A DNA stretch of 64,000 bases from Octopus vulgaris. Taxonomy: Eukaryota. Both the position numbers and the translations under genes were made by a program. Of the stretch, positions 55,619-64,000 are shown piece after piece; position 1 is the stretch's first letter; each line of letters starts with the position of its first letter. The notes below the pieces were generated by a model. It did no database searches. It saw only the letters and a list, made by a program, of their open reading frames with translations, and was not told the DNA's origin. The stretch lies in contig OX597819.1 of the NCBI GenBank assembly GCA_951406725.2, positions 59,024,001 through 59,088,000 of the forward strand. The letters run 5' to 3'.

Positions 55619-56336
55619 TGTTCAAAGTGAATATCAACTGTATTAATCTCACTTGCTTAGGAGAGGCTACAAAGATACCTTTCTTCCTCTGACTAACTAG
55701 TGAAAACAAAAAAGAAAAGGTCAAAATTGCAATGACATCATACACATACAAAACTAACATACATCGGTATGTAATATATATATAATTTTTTTTTTTTTTG
55801 CACTATCCCTTCCTTTCAATATCATCCATTCCTACTCTATTTCTACTGATCACTTTTCCAAGCCTTCAGTTATCTCTTCCTCTCTCCTGAGATACATCTT
55901 AGGACTGCCATACCTTTTCTTTAACACCCTCTCATATTTGCTATCATTCTCAATACACTCTCATATCTGTCTTCAGCAGCCTTCTCCCACACTGTCTTCT
56001 ACTCACCATAACCAACCCTAAATACCTCAGACTTCTCTGTCACTGTACTCCCCACTCTCTCTCTCCATCCCTCCCCACACACATTATACCACTATTTTCT
56101 GATCTACCTACAGGCTTATTTTACTGCTGCTCTTCACCATTCTTCTACTGCCATTTATCCCCTTCTCCTTGAGCCATTGGCTTCTTCTGGTTTTCTGTCT
56201 GCCAAAGACTTTGGTTGGGCCGTGACTATAATACAAACAAGACACTTGCCCAAGGTATCTTGCACTGGGACTGAACCCAAGCCCACATATTTGGGTGAGC
56301 AAACTTCTCAACCACATAACCATGTCTGCACCTATG

Positions 56337-56379
<43 letters not shown>

Positions 56380-56484
56380 AGAGAGAGAGAGAGAGATAGA
56401 AGGGATGATCGCCATGTTGATTCGTTAGCTACTGCACGCATTTTTTTTTCTCTCCTTCTTTCTGTGTTTTTCTCTCTCTGTGTA

Positions 56485-56522
56485 TCTTTCTGTTGAAGAG
56501 CGTAGGCTCGAAACGTTAAAGA
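56485..56522 (+). ncRNA. Hammerhead-like motif (variant core) within a ~200-bp repeat (~56402-56620)
   Basis: UCUUU CUGUUGA A GAGC-guag-GCUC GAAA CGUU AAAGA; degenerate homolog at ~61393-61430. Confidence 0.55.
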
Positions 56523-56620
56523 CTTGTTTTATTTATATTTCCTGAGCGCCATACTAATACAATTGTTCGTTTGTTTTCCACCTGCCTTCGTCTTTTGTTT
56601 ATTTTCATAAAGCTTCCCGT

Positions 56621-57180
56621 TATATATATATATATATATATATATACATACATACATACATATATATATATATATACATACATACATGGAGAGAGAGAGA
56701 GAGAGAGATAGAAGGGATATATATATATCTATATATATATATATATATATATTCATACATACATATATATATATATTCATACATACATTTATATATATAT
56801 TCATACATACATATATATATATATTCATACATACATATATATATATATATTCATACATACATATATATATACATACATACATATATATATACATACATAT
56901 AGATATATATATATACATACATATAGATATATATATATACATACATATAGATATATATATATACATACATATAGATATATACATATACATACATATAGAT
57001 ATATACATATACATACATATAGATATATACATACATATAGATATATATATATACATATATATAGATATATATATATACATATATATAGATATATATATAT
57101 ACATATATATAGATATATATATATACATACATATAGATATATATATATACATATAGATATATATATATACATACATATAG

Positions 57181-57211
<31 letters not shown>

Positions 57212-57476
57212 CACATACATATATATATATATACACATACATATATATATATATACATACATATATATATACATACATATAGATATATATATATATATAC
57301 ATAGATATATATATATACATACATATATATAGATATATATATATACATACATATATATAGATATATATATATATACATACATATAGATATATATATATAC
57401 ATACATATAGATATATATATATACATACATATAGATATATATATATACATACATATAGATATATATATATACATAT
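56621..57476. repeat. Compound (TA)n/(TACA)/(TAGA) microsatellite
   Basis: Direct inspection. Confidence 0.95.
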
Positions 57477-58423
57477 GATTGATTGATTGATTGATTGATT
57501 CTAGTTTCAACTTATGAGCTGTGGCCATGCTGGGGCACCGCCATTTTGTGTTGCTACTTGGTTTCACTTCATGGAGGCTTTCTAGCAGCTGCTATTTGGT
57601 GCATGAGAGAGTTCGATGCAGCTGCCCTCATCTGCCCCTCCTGCCGTGAAGTTGGTTCATCTGGGACACCTGACAGGAAGAGATCCAGCTTCATTTTAAA
57701 GACATCTGTATCCACCCCATGCAGGTCTCTCAGGTTCTTCGGGAGGATATTGAAGAGCTGTGGGCCTCGGAAGCCCAGGCTATCACAGTATCTTGTCCTA
57801 CATCTTGATGGCAGGTTTGGAGTCCTAGGCACCACGCAGTGCGCCCAGTTCTGGCATTTGCGTAACTCTCGATGCCAAAGTTCAGGACACTTCCCTCCAG
57901 GATCTTCCAGATGTATATTATGGCATATCTTTCCCGCCTACGCTCCAGGGAATATAATTTTAATCTCTTGAGTCTTTCCCAGTAGCTTACATTCTGCATA
58001 GAGGCTATCTTCTTTGTGTAGCTTCGTTGGATCGCCTCAAGTTCTGTGATCAACTTGACACTGGATGGTGACCATAGCTGAGAGCAATAGTCAAAGTGGC
58101 TTAGGACAAGTGTCTTCCAGAGGACCATCATGGTTTCTTGTTCTCTTGTTCTAAAGGTTCTAAGAATCCATCCAGCCAGCCGTCTACATTTCATTGTCAG
58201 TTTAGCAACATGTACATGAAAGGTCGCGTCATCACTCATGTGAATACCCAGGTCACGCACTGATTGTGCCTCTGGGATTGCAATCCCTCCGGGTCCAGTG
58301 TATTCATTGGGTATTGCATTCAGTTTTGCATGCTGATAGTATAAAGCTTGAAACTTTCCAGCATTGAACTGCAGCTTGAAACTTTCCAGCATTGAACTGC
58401 ATGCTATTCTTTTGAACTGCATG

Positions 58424-58426
<3 letters not shown>
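57476..58426 (-). mobile_element. 5'-truncated CR1/L2-type LINE (RT C-terminal region, 3' UTR, (AATC)n tail)
   Basis: QFNAGKFQ...[14 protein letters not shown]...WILRTF...[13 protein letters not shown]...LERRRERY...[11 protein letters not shown]; one frameshift near 57840. Confidence 0.88.
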
Positions 58427-60600
<2,174 letters not shown>

Positions 60601-62050
60601 TGTGCATACAGAGACAGACGCTCACACTCAGCTGAATCACTACTCTTTTTTTTCCTGTTTTTCTTGATCTTCAGTTGACTCTAAAGAATATATTTATCAT
60701 AACATATGGCTATGTGACTGTGCACATACATTCTTATGCAGAACTGGTTCCCTTGTACTCAATAATATTGATACACTGTGGTCAGCATTGTACGTAATGC
60801 ACCAGGAATTTATCTAGTAATTAATATTGGGCCATGAACATTGTACTGTTATGTAAATGAACTGTGACATTCACAATGTTACTACTATCTTTCCAAGATC
60901 TAGGAAGAGAGAAATGTAAAATCTTTTGAAAAGTAACTGTTTTTATCCTCGTTCCAAGTCACCATAAGCTCTGCAGCCTAACCAAAGAAAAACCAATTTT
61001 AAAAAGAGATTAAAGATGTTTATTAAATGTATGTGTTTGTGTGTGCATGTGTGTAGATCAAGCTGTCCATATGTGGTTACAGTTGATTAGAAAACATCAA
61101 GGAAAAGAAGAAAAATTTTGGTGAGTGACTGACTCACACACTGACACACCAATACATATACAAAGAAACATCTATACAAATATATCATCATCATCGTTTT
61201 AACTACTTTTTAGTGCTTGCAAGGGTCAGACATGTCTTTGCAGAAGACTGGAGAAAAAGAATTCTACTTGAGTGATGGTGACATTTATTTATAACTATCC
61301 CAAAGAGATGCAAACACATGGTCATTTCATCATGTGGAACTGTTCATCCCCACGCATTTTTTCCTCTCTCTTTCCATTCTTTCCCTCTCAATCCTTTCTG
61401 TAGAAAAGTGTAGGCTTGGAATGTCAAGACTTTTCCATTCTTCCTGGGTGTTAATCTAATACACCTGTTTGTTGTTCCCTCACCTGTATTAATCTTTTGT
61501 TTTCTGTAAATTTGAACTATCATACACATACTGTTTTCTTCCTCCATCCTTCTCTAATTCCCTTTTTCTCACCCTTTTTTCACCACCGTTTACTATCTGT
61601 CTCTCCCCCCACTTTCTCTTTCTTTCTCTCTCTCTCACATGTGACCATTGTCCATCTTTCTTTCCCTCACGTGACCATCTTTCCTTTCCTCCACAGACGT
61701 TTGAAAAAGTGGATGTGTTTCTCTCTCTCTCTTATCTTTTCTCTTTCCCAAAAAATGTTTCTCCCAGTATACACTATTTTCCTCTCATTCTGGTCTAATG
61801 AACCTCCATGTTTGTTTTTGTTTGGTTTCCTTGTATGTCACCACTGTTGTTTTTTTGGTTCCCAACTTTCAAACTCCATAAATCCTAAATTTTATTTTAG
61901 AAATGAGGAATAGATAGACAGCTGGCAACTGATGAAGGGTTCTTTCTCTGTGTTTATTTGTCCTGTTTTCCATTTTTTCTCATTGTTTACGTATTTCATG
62001 TTATTTGAACCATTGGTAATGTCCTGTACCCATATGTGCATGTGTGTGTA

Positions 62051-62093
<43 letters not shown>

Positions 62094-62753
62094 TATTACT
62101 TATTATTTATATAAGATCACAAATAAGGTTTAAAATTTACTACAGCTGTTTCAATAGCATTTTATTTATGCATTTATAATGGTTATTTTTCACCTTACTG
62201 TTATCTCAGCATCATTGCACCTAGCCAGTCCTGGCATCCTATGTATTGATGCACCTAGATTGTAATGAATCCTGTAACAAATATATAGTTTTTATCTCCA
62301 AAACTCACTCACAAGACTTGGTTAGATCAGGACTGTTGTAGAAGACACTTGCCCAGGGACTGAACCTGAAACTTCTCAACCACACACCCATACCTGTGCC
62401 TAGCTATCTATCTGGATACACATGGGCACACAATGTACATGAAAAAACATGCACACACAATACAGAGAAAATTCTAAGTATCACTACTGGTCAACAGGGG
62501 TAGCACTTGGCATGTTTGATACATTGTACAATATTAGTTACTAAAGGTGTATACACATCTAAGAACCATTATGAAACAATCTCATCATTCTTATCTTCAG
62601 GTAAATGTTCTCAGGACATCTAAGATAAATGTACAAATGTATTTATGATGAAAAGTGGCATTACAGAAATAATGCAGATGTATGTTGAAAGTGAGTTAGT
62701 GCAGAGTTTTAGACAAATTCATCATATGGAGAAAGCACACACGCACACATGCA

Positions 62754-62817
<64 letters not shown>

Positions 62818-63386
62818 TAATTTTTCTGAGATATTTTTCATACTGATGTGTGTTTCAAGGTTATTCAAGACAACTTTTCTAATCTTGCTTGTATTGCTGA
62901 TAACTGTTTTCTATCTGTATCTTTGAAAATATGTCTGGAGTAAAATTACTCAACTTGAAAACAGTTAAAAGGTTGGTGACAGGAAAAGCATCCAACTATA
63001 TAAACTCCACCTCAAAAAATTCCATCTAACCCATGCAAGAATGGAAAAGTGGATGTTAAAATGACAATGATGTTTCTTTCCAGTTGTCTGCAGGCCTAAT
63101 TAACTGGTTCTACAATTCTTATATCACTGATAGGGAAAACAACATTAACATCATTTTCAAAGCAGTCATTAAATTTAACTTTATCTGTTTAGCTTTCTTG
63201 TACATAGGTACAGGAGTGTCTGTATGGTAGAAAAGATGCTTGCTTCCCAACCATATGGTTCTGGGTTCAGTCCCACTGTGTGGTACCTTAGGCAAGTGTC
63301 TTCTACTATAGCATCAGGTCGACCAAAGCCTTGTGAGTGGATTTGGTAGATGGAATCTGAAAGAAGCCCGTCGTGTGCATATATAT

Positions 63387-63419
<33 letters not shown>

Positions 63420-63436
63420 CATATAGATATATAGAT

Positions 63437-64000
63437 CATCATCACAATCATCATCATCGTTTAATGTCCGTTTTCCATGCTGGCATGGGCTGGACAGTTT
63501 GACTGGGGTCTGGAAAGCCAGGAGGCTGCACCAGGCTCCAGTCTGATCTGGTAGTGTTTCTATAGCTGGATACCCTTCCTAAAACCAACCACTCCGAGAG
63601 TGTAGTGAGTGCCTTTTACATGCCACTGGCACAGGAGCCAGAGGAGGCTGGCAACAACCACAATCAGTTGGTGCTTTTTACGTGCCACCAGCACGGGATC
63701 ACAGCTACAATTTCCATTTGATTTTGATGTACTTGACTCAATAGGCCCTCTCAAGCACAGCATGTTGGTACTTTTGAGTGGGCTGGGGTTGGTTATGCAA
63801 CACTAGTGTAGGTTACAGCTGTGAACTCACTTTATTTGCCAGGTCTTCGCAGTCACAGCATATCTACAGAAGCCTCAGTCTTTTGTCATTGCCTCTGTGA
63901 GGCCCAACACTCGAAGGTCATGCTTCACCACCTCATCCCATTCCTTCAACTGTTTAGGAGTAGCACTTCTTCACACAGCTCTCCTCATCAATCCATAGTA
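63437..64000 (-). mobile_element. RTE-clade LINE 3' end (ORF C-terminus, 3' UTR, (GAT)n tail) running off the window
   Basis: DEESCVKKC...WDEVVKHDLRVLGLTEAMTKD, followed by a UTR carrying GGAAGGGTATCCAGCT and a (GAT)n tail. Confidence 0.8.

Noticed and set aside
61925-61975. CTGATGAAGG hammerhead-like 5' core
   Set aside because: No downstream GAAA or closing helices found.

Overview
AT-rich, repeat-dense animal DNA. The SINE/LINE/microsatellite landscape resembles a coleoid cephalopod, probably Octopus (inference). The window contains the 3' part of one multi-exon minus-strand gene, a NEDD4-family WW-HECT E3 ubiquitin ligase of the ITCH/WWP1/WWP2/Su(dx) subgroup. I traced 14 phase-compatible GT-AG exons (11959-36375; 4 WW domains plus HECT, ending EETEGFGQE*) and a probable symmetric 300-nt Ser/Pro-rich exon at 52647-52946. 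The C2-domain and start exons were not found and probably lie beyond 64000. Introns and flanks hold two decayed mariner elements, hAT- and piggyBac-type MITEs, RTE and CR1/L2-type LINE 3' ends, several tRNA-derived SINE families and ~3 kb of compound (TA)n microsatellite. The most notable feature is a TSD-flanked fold-back element present twice (2042-2546, 37350-37735). It joins a tRNA-derived Pol III head to a minimal Penelope-type hammerhead ribozyme motif, making it a candidate ribozyme-bearing SINE mobilised by Penelope-like elements. A second hammerhead-like family occurs at 56485 and 61393. All analysis was by eye; repeat boundaries are approximate.
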